This document shows positions 48,428 to 58,760 of a stretch of 64,000 nt of DNA, piece by piece. Position 1 is the stretch's first letter; each line of letters starts with the position of its first letter. A program made the position numbers and the translations under genes. The stretch lies in the sequence record MK774614.2. One strand, given 5' to 3'. The notes below the pieces were generated by a model. That model searched no databases and had not been told where the DNA came from. It was given only the letters and a program-made list of their open reading frames with translations.

Positions 48428-51400
48428 TGCTCTCTAAAGCACAACTTGAACTGTTCGGTATCTCAGGTACCGAAGCACTCCCCTATTCTCAGTTTCTGCG
48501 AGTATGGGGAACACGAGAACGGATTAATGATATTATTAATCCCAAGTATACACCCATTGGTGATGTGATGTTGCCGCGTAACGCGGTCTTCCATTATCAA
48601 CAACAACTTCCTAATGAAACGGGTCCGAGTAATCAGGCTTCCTTTATCAGTAATTTTGATAAACGGATCAACATGTATTTTTGGCCTGACTTTGATGTGG
48701 TATTGGGGACTTATAAGAAAGTCCCTTATAACTTTAATGCCAAGATCCGGGAATATGAAGCAGGACACTTTAATTACTATCGTGCGCGTAATTACCAAAC
48801 GGTGATTAACAAAGACTATGAGTTGCTTGTAAACAACATGGCAATGAGTCAAGTCCCGGTTGTTTATCGTCAGTTAACTGTCTTTACACCATTTCAAAAG
48901 CAATACAACATTTTGCATAACTTGATCTTGGCAGTAAACCAGTTCGCGCAACACGACATTCATCAGTTTGTCGAATTCAAGCTTCCCCGGTCTTTCCCAA
49001 GTTACCGAATGCTGTTTGAGTCCTTTAAACGGTATCGGAAGTTCTTTAAAGACGGTGAAGTGTCTCGGTATGAAAAAGAAGCGTTGAAAGTGTTTCAAGC
49101 AGATGGCAGCTTCTGGCTACTGGATTTGTTTGGAATCTTGATCGGCTATGATTTTGCAGAGTTTTCGCAATTTAACAAATTGACGGATAAAGCAAAGGGT
49201 CAGTTAGAACTGGTCTTTACTTATGAAGGAAAGTGCTGGATTGTTAATCTTCAAACGTTGATTAATTTGATCAGTTACTCTGATAAGGAAACCGACACTG
49301 AACCGAGCAATGCTAAGTTCATCTATTTTAAACGTTTCTACCTCGCTCTCATAGGACTTGTGACGCCACTGGTAGAGGAAGTAACACATGAATCCAGTAC
49401 CCAAGAAGAAGTTGTTTCAAATCAAGGAAACGAAAATCCCAAGGACCGGGATGATCAATCGCAGTCAAGCAAAAAAGGATCTGGAGGAAAGTCTGAAGAA
49501 GCTTCCCAGCTGGATGCTAATTCTCGTGATCGTAGTCTGGCTGACCTTTACACCAGTGGTAAAGGATCTGGTCATGTGGATAATCCACCCGCCGAAAGTG
49601 AGGGAGGAGGAGTTGTTGAGGAAACTTCGGATTCCGTTACCGACGAAGAGTCTCCCGAGCAACTATTCTCAACAGACGTCGACGACAGTGTATTTGAGCA
49701 AGCCAGTATTGAAAACGCGTCTGTAAGTGTCGGTAAGAATGTCTACAGCCCAACAGTGACCATTGAACGTCTGATGGAACAACGGGCACGCAAAGGGATG
49801 TTGACAACCAAAGAGCAAGAGTTCTTTACCAAGGCTGCCGAGAGTTATAAGGATATTGTTATTGGTGGGAGGACACTCGAAGAAATCGTCTCCATCTCCC
49901 ATAAAGACCTGGTGATGGCCCCGGAAAAGATTGCTCCAGACTCCCCGGTTATTTATGACAAATCTGTGCTTCAATCCCGTACGCAACAACTGGGGACTGA
50001 ATACAATCAGAAGTTCCTAGAACGTGACATCATGAGTGCGATATTGAACGCCGCCCAATTAGGCGGTGTTGCCTTGTTGGATCTGGATCGGGAAAGTATC
50101 GTCACCGCTGATTCGGCGTATGATGTTTACACAATGAAGTTCCAACCCGTGGGTGAAGGGAATCAATCCACCAGACGTTTTCGTATCCCTAAGGTAGCTG
50201 AAGACAATACCTTTACTATCAATGGCGTAAAGAACTATGCGCAATTGGTTCGAGTAGAAGCCCCAGTGAGGAAGATTGGGAAACGTAAAGTCAATATCAC
50301 GTCTTATTACGATAAGCGCTTGATGATTGAACGTTCTCCTTATCGTGCTGATGACTTTGGTGCTTGGTTGAAAACAAACATTCTTCAACGCAGTTATGTA
50401 GACAAATCCATCACTGTCCAGTTAGGTAGTTTTGCTCCCTTTAAGAAAGAAGCGTGTTGGTATTACTCTGTTTTGGCAGAGCGGTTTAAGTCCATCACTA
50501 TTCGTGATATGGTCCTTAACTTTGACACCTCTATTTATTTGACTGAACATAAAGAGTGGAAAAAACTCTGCAATGATGAAAGTTGGGTAATTGGGGAGGA
50601 ACACGGTAAACCGATTCTGATCGATAACGCCGGTTTGATTACGGTGGATGGGGTTGAGAAAGGCTATCTGGAAGAGCTCATTGGACTGAATGTGGAAAAG
50701 GCACCTGTTCCCAATTCCACTATTTATGTCAATGGATTTAAATTCCAAAGTGTGGTTGTGCTTTCTTATTGGATTGGTTTCACTGAGCTGATGCGTCGAT
50801 TAAAACCGATCTATCGGACGGTAGAACCCGGAACACGCCCTAACTTGACCAGTAACGAATACCTGATCCAGTTTGCCGATGAACGTCTTGTGTTGGATAG
50901 ACGAGACACGTTAGCCACGCTGGTGTTTTCTGGGCTGGCTAAATTACCGGGACTTCGAAACTTCTCACGCGCGCAGCTTGATGATCCGAATGTCTGGTTC
51001 TCTATTGTAAGTGACCCGCGGGTGAAACCGTCTCATTTTAAAGAGATGGAACAGATGTTTGATCAGTTTATCGATCCTATCACTGCCCGGGAGTTGACCA
51101 GACGCAAGTTCCCCTTGGAATTAGACAAGTTGGTTATTCGGGCTATTGAGATGCTCCTTAATAATGAAGCATCCCATGAAGTCGAAATCTCTGAACAGCG
51201 TTTGATCGGCTATGAACGTTTTGCGGGTCATGTTTATCGTGAGATGGTTAAGAGCACTCGTCAATTTAGGAACAAGCCAGGCGGAAATAAAAAGACGTTT
51301 GACTTGAACCCTGAAGCGATCATGATGAACATTTTGACGGATGCGTCTTGTCAACCAACTGAAGAAGTGAACCCCATTCACCAGATCAAACAAACTGAGG

Positions 51401-53179
51401 AAGTGACCTTTGGTGGGACTTTTGGTCGAAGTGATCGTGCGATGGTGAGACGGACACGGGGCCAACTTCCTAACTACGAAGGGATTATTTCTGAAGCAGG
51501 GAAAGACTCTGGTAAAGTTGGCTTTATTTCCTATCTGACTTCTGATGCAAAGATTGTTGACTTAGGTGGAAACGTAGACACGTCTCTTCCAACCACTGAT
51601 GCAGGTCGACTTTCTGTTACATCAAACCTTCTTTATGGCTCAACACGGGATGACAGTAAACGGTAAGATGCCCTCTATATACATTGATGTCTATAGAGAA
51701 CTAATTGCCCATTCACTGGGAAACAAGTGAATGCATTAATCCTTAATTGCTGGGAAGTGCTCTGTGATGCTTACGCTAAAACGGAATAGGAAACTATAGA
51801 CGGAACAGTGTGAAAATGTAAGCGGAGAGACAGTCAGCAGCGGAGCACCTACGTACATTTGCGATAAATGGATAGGGTGAGCGTTCAACGACTAGGGGTG
51901 AAACTCCCCGTAGCTGGGACATGGAATGTTCCTACCAAACAGGATTACCTTACTGTGTTGCTGAAGAAGCAACAATACAGTTGGTTGAAATATAGTCTGC
52001 TCCTTATGGCGACATAAGGCGGGTGCCAGGTATCGCACCGGGTCTTAGGATAAGACTGGACAGAAGGCGTTGTTCTCGACCGTGCAGCTAAGTCAATGGA
52101 TGGCAACAGACTCCTATCAGGTTTCTCCACTTCGTACTTCTTATGACAGTGCAGTGGGATATCGTAACTTTGAACTTTATACCTCTGTTGCAAAACAAGA
52201 CGGAGTGGTGAAAGAAGTTACAGCAGATGGGATTATTGTTGAATACGTTGATGGAACAGAAGGGAAGTTTTTCTTAGGATATGAAATTGGAAAAGGTGCG
52301 GGTGAATATCACAAACACTTAAAAGTCACTGATGTAAAAGTAGGACAGAAAGTTCCCCAGGGGATGATTGTTGCGTGGGATAGTTGTTTCTATACCCGTG
52401 ATAGTTTAGATCCTACCCGTGTTCTGCTTAAGACTGGGACACTTTCTCGGATTGCCTTGATCGAAGACCAGTTTACCTTTGAAGACTCCATTGGGATTAC
52501 GCAGGAATATGCCAATAAGAACAGCACACCGTTCTTAAAGCAGAACCATTTCAGAGTTGAATACGCGCAAGTTGTAAAGATGTATTGTAAAGTAGGTGAT
52601 GAGGTAGAATACGACCAAGTCCTTGCTGATATCAAAGATCAAAGTGCTGCAATGTTCGATGATGAATTTAGCCCAATGGCAGGATTGGATCGACTGGGAA
52701 TCAAGCAGGTCAAAGCAAAACAAGCAGGTCGGATTGCCAAGATTGAAGTGTTGTATAATGGCGATTACGATGATGCGGAAGAGTCTGTGAAACAGTTGAT
52801 TAAACAGGCCGATGGTGTTCGCAGTAAAGCGGCTAAATACCGTAACCTGTATGCACCAGATGGGAACGTAGGTGGGAACACCTCCATCGGTAAATCCAAG
52901 GTCTATCCGAATACCTGTACTGTTAATATCTACATCGAATCAAGTTTGGTGACCACCGTAGCGGATAAGTTCGTGGTGGGGAACCAGATGAAAGGGACAG
53001 TTGGCTTTATTTATCCCAGCCAAATCACGACACCGGATGGTCGCAAAGTAGACATTACTTTCTCATTGAAGTCGCTCCTTAACCGAATGGTATTGAGTCT
53101 TCGTGATAAATTGGTGGCTAACGAAACTAACCACGTGTATACGTCCAGAATGATTTCGAAATATGGGAGATATGAGTAA
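48427..53179 (+). CDS. Virion RNA polymerase beta subunit (phiKZ gp178-like); exons 48427-51664 and 52068-53179
   Basis: Splicing gives 1449 aa with junction DDSKR-S-LFSTVQLSQ, in register with E. coli beta DDANRALMGANMQRQ; DKFVVGNQMKG, FEDSI, DSGKVG. Confidence 0.88.
51665..52067 (+). mobile_element. Group I intron (IA2-like, ORF-less, 403 nt) in vRNAP beta
   Basis: P AAUUGCUGGGAA (51745), Q GUCAGCAG (51833), R GUUCAACGACUA (51883), S GAAAUAUAGUC (51987); P3 UAAUCCU/AGGAUUA; U before and G at the splice sites. Confidence 0.9.
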
Positions 53180-54132
53180 TGGCTAATAGCGAGAAGGATG
53201 TTTCTGTTATCAATGGGATTCAGACCACCCTCTCGCAACTTTCTCTGTACAAAGGCCGTGTAGACGGCCTTTTCGGAAAAGGTTGTCGAGATGCTGTGAT
53301 CCACATGGTAAATGTGGTTTATCCCGGCAAGGTGATGAAGTACCCTGAAAATAATTATGAAGCAAAAAGCGTTTACACGTTTCTTCAAACTGTATTGGCA
53401 CAAGTGGGTCTGTACACCATTGCGATTGATGGGAAATGGGGAAACGGAAGTGCAACTGCATTTAATGGGCTAGTGGATCAGTACCGCACTGCATCAACAA
53501 CCCAGGGTGGAGACCAACCAGTTCACTTAACGGAAGCGCAGTTTAAAGCGATGTTGCCATCTGCTAACTGGGATAAGGTCCCGGTTTATCTTTCGGCTAT
53601 TAACGAAGCAATGGAAGTGTTTGATATCACCACCCCGCTTCGTAAAGCTCACTTTATGGCACAAGTTCTTCACGAAACTGCGAATCTGAAATACAGTGAA
53701 GAGATTGCGAGTGGGAAAGCATATGAGGGTCGTGCTGATTTAGGTAATACTAAACCAGGTGATGGCCCCCTCTTTAAAGGTCGTGGTTTGCTTCAGTTGA
53801 CGGGTCGGGATAATTATCTGAAATGCCAAACTTATCTGCGTCAACGTTTAAACGATCCCCGTTTTGACATTACCTCTGATGTAACCAAAGCCAGTCAGTT
53901 GTCAACCAATCCGCTTTATGCGGCCCTTGCCTCTGGGTATTTTTGGCATTCCATTAAGCCAAAACTCAATGCCACAGCAGACAAGGACGACATTTACTGG
54001 TGTTCTGTTTATGTCAATGGCTATGCTAAACAAACTCATCCCTATTACCCTGATAGAGATAAAGAACCGAATCACATGAAAGAACGTGTTCAAATGCTCT
54101 CTGTCACAAAGAAAGCGTTTGGTCTGATTTAA
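53179..54132 (+). CDS. Modular endolysin: peptidoglycan-binding repeats plus GH19 catalytic domain
   Basis: Two PG-binding-like repeats (VDGLFGKG, IDGKWGNG); HFMAQVLHET; YEGRADLGN; FKGRGLLQLTGRDNY. Confidence 0.88.
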   Translation: MANSEKDVSVINGIQTTLSQLSLYKGRVDGLFGKGCRDAVIHMVNVVYPGKVMKYPENNYEAKSVYTFLQTVLAQVGLYTIAIDGKWGNGSATAFNGLVDQYRTASTTQGGDQPVHLTEAQFKAMLPSANWDKVPVYLSAINEAMEVFDITTPLRKAHFMAQVLHETANLKYSEEIASGKAYEGRADLGNTKPGDGPLFKGRGLLQLTGRDNYLKCQTYLRQRLNDPRFDITSDVTKASQLSTNPLYAALASGYFWHSIKPKLNATADKDDIYWCSVYVNGYAKQTHPYYPDRDKEPNHMKERVQMLSVTKKAFGLI

Positions 54133-54153
54133 CAGCGAAAGGTAACCCTCGAT

Positions 54154-54318
54154 ATGGAACGTGCCGTTAACAACATTATTTCCATTTCCAACATCTATGA
54201 ATTGGTATCTGCTACCATGAAGAAAGTTGGTTATGAATACCAAGCCCCACTGACTGATGCTGAAGAGCAAGAGATCACCAGTCGCGAAATTAAAACCATT
54301 CTGGAGCAGAAACAATGA
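54154..54318 (+). CDS. Small hypothetical protein (54 aa)
   Basis: MERAVNNII...EQKQ; AAAGG RBS; ATGA overlap with the next gene; not in the ORF track. Confidence 0.55.
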   Translation: MERAVNNIISISNIYELVSATMKKVGYEYQAPLTDAEEQEITSREIKTILEQKQ

Positions 54319-55832
54319 TCCAGCAAAGTACTGTACTTGTTTGTACCCCTCTGGCACTTGAACTTGATCGTGACGGGATTGATATTAGCGAACGGGTTTC
54401 TGATATTGTCACCGGCCTTAATGACACCACTGCAAATATCTCTGGTTTCACACTAGACAATATTGCTGTGGATCTCCCTGATTACACCAAGAATGTACCC
54501 GAGCACACCGATGTGTTGGATGTCGTCAGTACTAAACTGGCTGAGATTATTCGTGGTAGTTTGTATACCATCAGTAAGTACACCAAGCCGGTATTGGTGA
54601 AAGCCGATGAGATCATCCGTCAACGGATGCAAGCTGAAGGTGCTGCTGATCTGGCATTCAGTTATCTGAAAACCAATCAGATCGATCTGGAACCCGAGTT
54701 CTTGGCATCTGCATTTGTTCCAACCGAATATCCTGTTTCCTTGCAAGGAACCACTAAGGTCAATGTGGACAAGCTCCTGCTAGGTAATTGGCCAGTGGCT
54801 GAAAGCGATGATCAGATTTTTGATATGATCTACGTTGACAGTGATCTACTCCGACCTTTCTTTGAAGATCGCAGTGAAATTCGTAAAGTGTACGAATCGG
54901 TGTTTGTTCATAAGAACTGGTGGAGTATCTTTGACTCCCGCTTCCGTGAAGGTGGGGTTGTGGATGTTCAGCTTGATGAGCATTACATGAACTTTAGCAA
55001 ATACCGTTCTCTGGTAATTGCTAACTTGATCATTAACCGGTTGGTTGCTGATGACAGTCCAATGCCGGGTGTGACTGGTGTGTCGCTTAATGATTATCGC
55101 CTCTCCTTGGGGATGGTCAAAGATGTACTGGCGGCTGGCCTTTATCGCTTCAAAATGATCTGGGCTGAGAAAGCAGCGGCAGGCATTGTGATCCTGGATG
55201 ACAACGTTAAATACAAAGTCGCAGACTGGGGTCCAATGGAAGGTAAGATGGTATTGGAAGGCGTCATGAACGTCGGCTACAACCGTCGGGTCTTGGAACT
55301 CTTTGCAGAGAGTGAAAGCGGATCTGTGATGGAAGCCGGTCTGGGCTATGTTTACGCTAAGCAGCGTGGTTATAAAGTCAAAGATGTGATCACTGATGCC
55401 GAGGCGGTTAACAATGCGGTGCGTGAATATTACACCGACTTGGAACTGGCTCTTCGGGACAACTTGCTCACAGTGGCCAAAGATGCACTGGCAACTGCGT
55501 GTCGCGAAGTATGCTGCGGTGAGAACTGGGAACCGATTCTGGGTACCATTCAAGAAGAAGGAAAAGGTGGCGCTAAGGTATTTGCTGCACTTTGTCATAA
55601 CTTGGATGTCGACAGTCTGTTCTATGGTCCGTTGGTAAACCGTGTTTCTCGTGGGGAAGATTCCCTGATGAACAGTAGCCTTGCGGTAGAACTGTGCAAG
55701 ATCTTTGGCTCTGAACTGGGTGCTGAAATTCTTCAAGAGAACTTGACCGCAGAACCTGGTCCGAAAGAACATCAACGTAAAGTGTTGGCTGGCGCCATGC
55801 GTCACGCACTCATCAAACGGTTGGTTAAATAG
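54315..55832 (+). CDS. Conserved jumbo-phage protein (phiKZ gp177-like by synteny)
   Basis: 505-aa ORF between the RNAP/endolysin genes and the head protease. Confidence 0.6.
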   Translation: MIQQSTVLVCTPLALELDRDGIDISERVSDIVTGLNDTTANISGFTLDNIAVDLPDYTKNVPEHTDVLDVVSTKLAEIIRGSLYTISKYTKPVLVKADEIIRQRMQAEGAADLAFSYLKTNQIDLEPEFLASAFVPTEYPVSLQGTTKVNVDKLLLGNWPVAESDDQIFDMIYVDSDLLRPFFEDRSEIRKVYESVFVHKNWWSIFDSRFREGGVVDVQLDEHYMNFSKYRSLVIANLIINRLVADDSPMPGVTGVSLNDYRLSLGMVKDVLAAGLYRFKMIWAEKAAAGIVILDDNVKYKVADWGPMEGKMVLEGVMNVGYNRRVLELFAESESGSVMEAGLGYVYAKQRGYKVKDVITDAEAVNNAVREYYTDLELALRDNLLTVAKDALATACREVCCGENWEPILGTIQEEGKGGAKVFAALCHNLDVDSLFYGPLVNRVSRGEDSLMNSSLAVELCKIFGSELGAEILQENLTAEPGPKEHQRKVLAGAMRHALIKRLVK

Positions 55833-56584
55833 TGATTGACACTAATAAACTCAGTAAGAACGTAGGGCTGGCAAAAGCCGCCCTACGCAAAATGCCGGAT
55901 AATTCTGTCATTGCGCTAAAGAAAGTCAAAGTGTGCTTTCCTAAGCGATTCGAACAAAGTGGCTTAGCAGATATTGCAGATTCAGTAGAAACTATTTTAA
56001 TGGTCGGTCTGATCCATGAGAATAGTTATTGTACCTTGGCAGGGATGTGTCGGGTGGTGATGAAGCCCGGTGATATTTATGAAGAAAATATCAAAGGGGA
56101 TCGTTACTATGTATTGGAGTTTGAACCGGGGGACGTGGTCATCGAAAACTTGACCATTCCTCAAGACTCCAACATCGGCTATTCTTATTACTTGGAACTG
56201 GTTAAGTTCGCTCGTATTCCTTGGTACGCTACTGCTGAAACAATTCTCAGTGTCTTTGACGAATCTGGGTTTTATACCGGTAAATCAACGGGGATGAGTA
56301 ATCAGGCAATCCGTGTTCTTTACGCCTTAACAGGCCGTGATCCAAAGAACATTGATATTCCGTTTAGATACTCTCCTGATCTTAACAATCCAAACGTCCA
56401 TGCTCGTATTATCGGGATTAATAACCCGGGTCAACTTCTTAACAGCACCTTCTCTCGCCTGACCTCTGGGTATATGTCTGATAACATCATTTCAGGTCTA
56501 CTCAATCCTGATCAGAAAGTCACTGTGTTGGAAGAAGTTATCCGTGGTCTTCCGAGTGAAGTGGGAGATAACAGTAATGTCTGA
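55832..56584 (+). CDS. Conserved jumbo-phage protein (phiKZ gp176-like by synteny)
   Basis: 250-aa coupled ORF upstream of the protease. Confidence 0.6.
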   Translation: MIDTNKLSKNVGLAKAALRKMPDNSVIALKKVKVCFPKRFEQSGLADIADSVETILMVGLIHENSYCTLAGMCRVVMKPGDIYEENIKGDRYYVLEFEPGDVVIENLTIPQDSNIGYSYYLELVKFARIPWYATAETILSVFDESGFYTGKSTGMSNQAIRVLYALTGRDPKNIDIPFRYSPDLNNPNVHARIIGINNPGQLLNSTFSRLTSGYMSDNIISGLLNPDQKVTVLEEVIRGLPSEVGDNSNV

Positions 56585-57431
56585 ACTCAGTTTTGGTAAT
56601 ATCATTTTGGCACACAGTGGCAAGAAGGGGGTGTTAAAACCCAATGAAGCTGGCGTGTACCATCTGAATGCGGGGGGTTTTAATATCCCCAATGCGGGCG
56701 GGATCCAATATCCGTTTAACGATTACCTGCGTGAACAAATGGAAGCCACCAGCGATTTGAATCGCCGGGTTTCCATGGGGTATTGTAAAATGGAAGTGGA
56801 ACACCCGCAACCCTTTGTCTATGTGGAAGAAAACGGGGTTCGGTATCGTAAACAAATGTCGACCTTGTTGGAGTGGATTAACCGTTTGCGCAGTTATGAT
56901 CCCGCTAACATTTGCGGTCTGATCAGCAAGATCTATTTTACGCCTGAGAATCCTCGTGATCTGACTAAGCCGGTTTACAACTATATTGATTGTGAACCGT
57001 TTGGTCCTCGTGGGGCTGAATTTAAAGAGTCTTTGGATAATCCCCGTCATAATACAGCGGTGAGTATCCGGACTCAAATCAGCCCTTATGTGGATGGCAG
57101 CAATCGCAAAAATGTGGAGTATTGGACTGGGTATGACTGGGTTGGTGAACCTGGGATGATCCATGCTAATAAACACATGACGGCAGGGTGTGAATCCATG
57201 TTGGATGAATACTCTCTTCGTGGTGACAATACTCAGAAGTTCAAAGCAGCTGATGTCATTGAACAACTCGGTAACTGCTTGGCTAATGCCGCCAATGACA
57301 CTGAAGCACTTCAACGTGTGGGTGGAATGGAAGCATTGAATGACATGCGTCAACTCCACGATCGAATTAAAGCCAATTACGTAAAAGGCTCGACTGTGAA
57401 ACTGGGCGTGCAATTTAGTTCCATTTTCTAA
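56577..57431 (+). CDS. Prohead maturation protease (phiKZ gp175 / T4 gp21-like)
   Basis: EVEHP (His), AVSIRT (Ser), YDWVGEPG (Asp). Confidence 0.75.
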   Translation: MSELSFGNIILAHSGKKGVLKPNEAGVYHLNAGGFNIPNAGGIQYPFNDYLREQMEATSDLNRRVSMGYCKMEVEHPQPFVYVEENGVRYRKQMSTLLEWINRLRSYDPANICGLISKIYFTPENPRDLTKPVYNYIDCEPFGPRGAEFKESLDNPRHNTAVSIRTQISPYVDGSNRKNVEYWTGYDWVGEPGMIHANKHMTAGCESMLDEYSLRGDNTQKFKAADVIEQLGNCLANAANDTEALQRVGGMEALNDMRQLHDRIKANYVKGSTVKLGVQFSSIF

Positions 57432-57440
57432 TTGTATTTT

Positions 57441-57471
57441 GAGTACCTCTGGCGAATAGCTGGAGGTACTC
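57441..57471 (+). terminator. Intrinsic terminator
   Basis: gagtacctc/gaggtactc stem plus T-rich run. Confidence 0.7.
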
Positions 57472-57551
57472 TTTACTTTATGTTTTATTACTGGTGTGGC
57501 AATTTAACGTAGACCAATGATCTTTTATCATCAACCTAAGGGTAAATACGA

Positions 57552-58070
57552 ATGAACGAAAAAACCATGAAGCTCAATCAGATTGTTAAAGCCATTGGGT
57601 TTATTGAGCACGCGCACACTGTGAAGAATACATTTAAGGAAATGGAACCCGTGTGGGATAGCTTGAAAGTCGATGGGGTTGAGGTGATCGTTAAGCAACA
57701 CATGACGCGTGTGAAAGCACAGTGCGTTCAACTCTATGCACGTAAGCTGATGCAGTACGTTATGTCGATCATGAACTTTGATATGTTCCCGATTGCGATT
57801 GAAGATATTCGGATTGGGAACTGGCGTGTTGATTCGATCATCATCCAGATTGCAAGCAATGAAGTAAAGAGTCACGAACACCTTTATCAGTTGCTGATGA
57901 CCAATATCTTTGGTATCCCCACTGTCATGTTTGATTTTATTCAAAGTGAGTTTGGGATGGAGAAGCTCGAAGAGTATCTGTCTAAAACCTATTCTCCTGT
58001 GCTGATCAGTTTGCCTGATTCTCAAAAGGCAGAACTTACTGAATTTGAAAGCCTGCTGGACGTGTTGTAA
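57552..58070 (+). CDS. Hypothetical protein
   Basis: 172-aa ORF with AAGGG RBS. Confidence 0.7.
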   Translation: MNEKTMKLNQIVKAIGFIEHAHTVKNTFKEMEPVWDSLKVDGVEVIVKQHMTRVKAQCVQLYARKLMQYVMSIMNFDMFPIAIEDIRIGNWRVDSIIIQIASNEVKSHEHLYQLLMTNIFGIPTVMFDFIQSEFGMEKLEEYLSKTYSPVLISLPDSQKAELTEFESLLDVL

Positions 58071-58080
58071 AAATAGCGCT

Positions 58081-58105
58081 CTATAAATTTTCAGACAGAT
58101 ATAAT
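58081..58105 (+). promoter_or_regulatory. Putative phage early promoter (variant)
   Basis: ctataaattttcagacagatataat. Confidence 0.55.
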
Positions 58106-58178
58106 TAAAGAGAGAACAGCAACAGCTGAAGGAGACCACTAGGTACTCTTTATTTATTCTCTCTTTATTTTATCTTCT

Positions 58179-58203
58179 CTATAATTTTTCAGGTAGATAT
58201 TAC
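58179..58203 (+). promoter_or_regulatory. Putative phage early promoter
   Basis: ctataatttttcaggtagatattac. Confidence 0.72.
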
Positions 58204-58259
58204 CAAAGTGTATAAGTACACATAAGTTTTAATCAACAACACTAAAAGGGAAATAAGAA

Positions 58260-58685
58260 ATGTCCGATCTGAATAAAATGCTGCGCGCTTCTGTTAAAAC
58301 CGCTGTTGAAACTGCCGAAGTTCACAAGGAAACGGGTGCAGTTGTTTTCAAAGCTCCTGAGTTCCCCAAAGGCATCACTCCGGCTTCGTTGAAAGATCAC
58401 GTTGACTTTATCAATCAAACCAGTGTTGTCACTGGCGCTGCGTTGAGCGAAATCGCACTGGACAATTATCCTGAGTCCAAAATGGAAAAATGGACAGGTG
58501 AGCTGGATCTTGTAGATGGACTGACCATCTCCTCTGGTTACCAAGTACGGGAAGTTGTCGGTGACGATACCGCGTACGGTGTATCAGAAGTCTTTGTAGA
58601 CTATGACTACGGTCAAGCACTGTCTGACTGGCACACCGAATTTGCACAGGTCAATGCTGATCGCGCAGCCGATCTGTTTAAATAA
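58260..58685 (+). CDS. Monocistronic early hypothetical protein
   Basis: 141 aa; promoter upstream and terminator downstream. Confidence 0.78.
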   Translation: MSDLNKMLRASVKTAVETAEVHKETGAVVFKAPEFPKGITPASLKDHVDFINQTSVVTGAALSEIALDNYPESKMEKWTGELDLVDGLTISSGYQVREVVGDDTAYGVSEVFVDYDYGQALSDWHTEFAQVNADRAADLFK

Positions 58686-58699
58686 AGCCTGATCAGGTT

Positions 58700-58728
58700 G
58701 GTTACTCCTGGGTTGTCCAGGAGTAACC
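58700..58728 (+). terminator. Intrinsic terminator
   Basis: 12-bp stem ggttactcctgg/ccaggagtaacc plus T-run. Confidence 0.75.
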
Positions 58729-58760
58729 TTTCCATTTATTTTTATCTTTTAGGTTTTGTT

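Noticed and set aside
48192-48437. 81-aa ORF starting inside intron 1 as a possible homing endonuclease
   Set aside because: No HNH, GIY-YIG or LAGLIDADG motif; it overlaps intron core elements and the true exon 2 in another frame.
51655-52070. Alternative junctions for intron 2 (CGG/GCG giving Ala, or AGT/AAG dropping Arg), or readthrough/frameshift
   Set aside because: The first lacks the exon-terminal U, the second loses the conserved Arg and register, and a 403-nt gap with a full group I core excludes simple recoding. P10 support is weak, so the exact 3' junction still needs RT-PCR.
51945-52193. 82-aa minus-strand ORF over intron 2
   Set aside because: Antisense to structured intron RNA and exon 2, with no recognisable motif.
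46548-53179. RNAP genes as pseudogenes
   Set aside because: In-frame splicing restores full-length subunits with intact catalytic motifs.
54846-55805. Long antisense ORFs (e.g. 54846-55805, 14512-15243, 56634-57413)
   Set aside because: Shadows of well-supported sense genes with biased codon use; no RBS or motifs.
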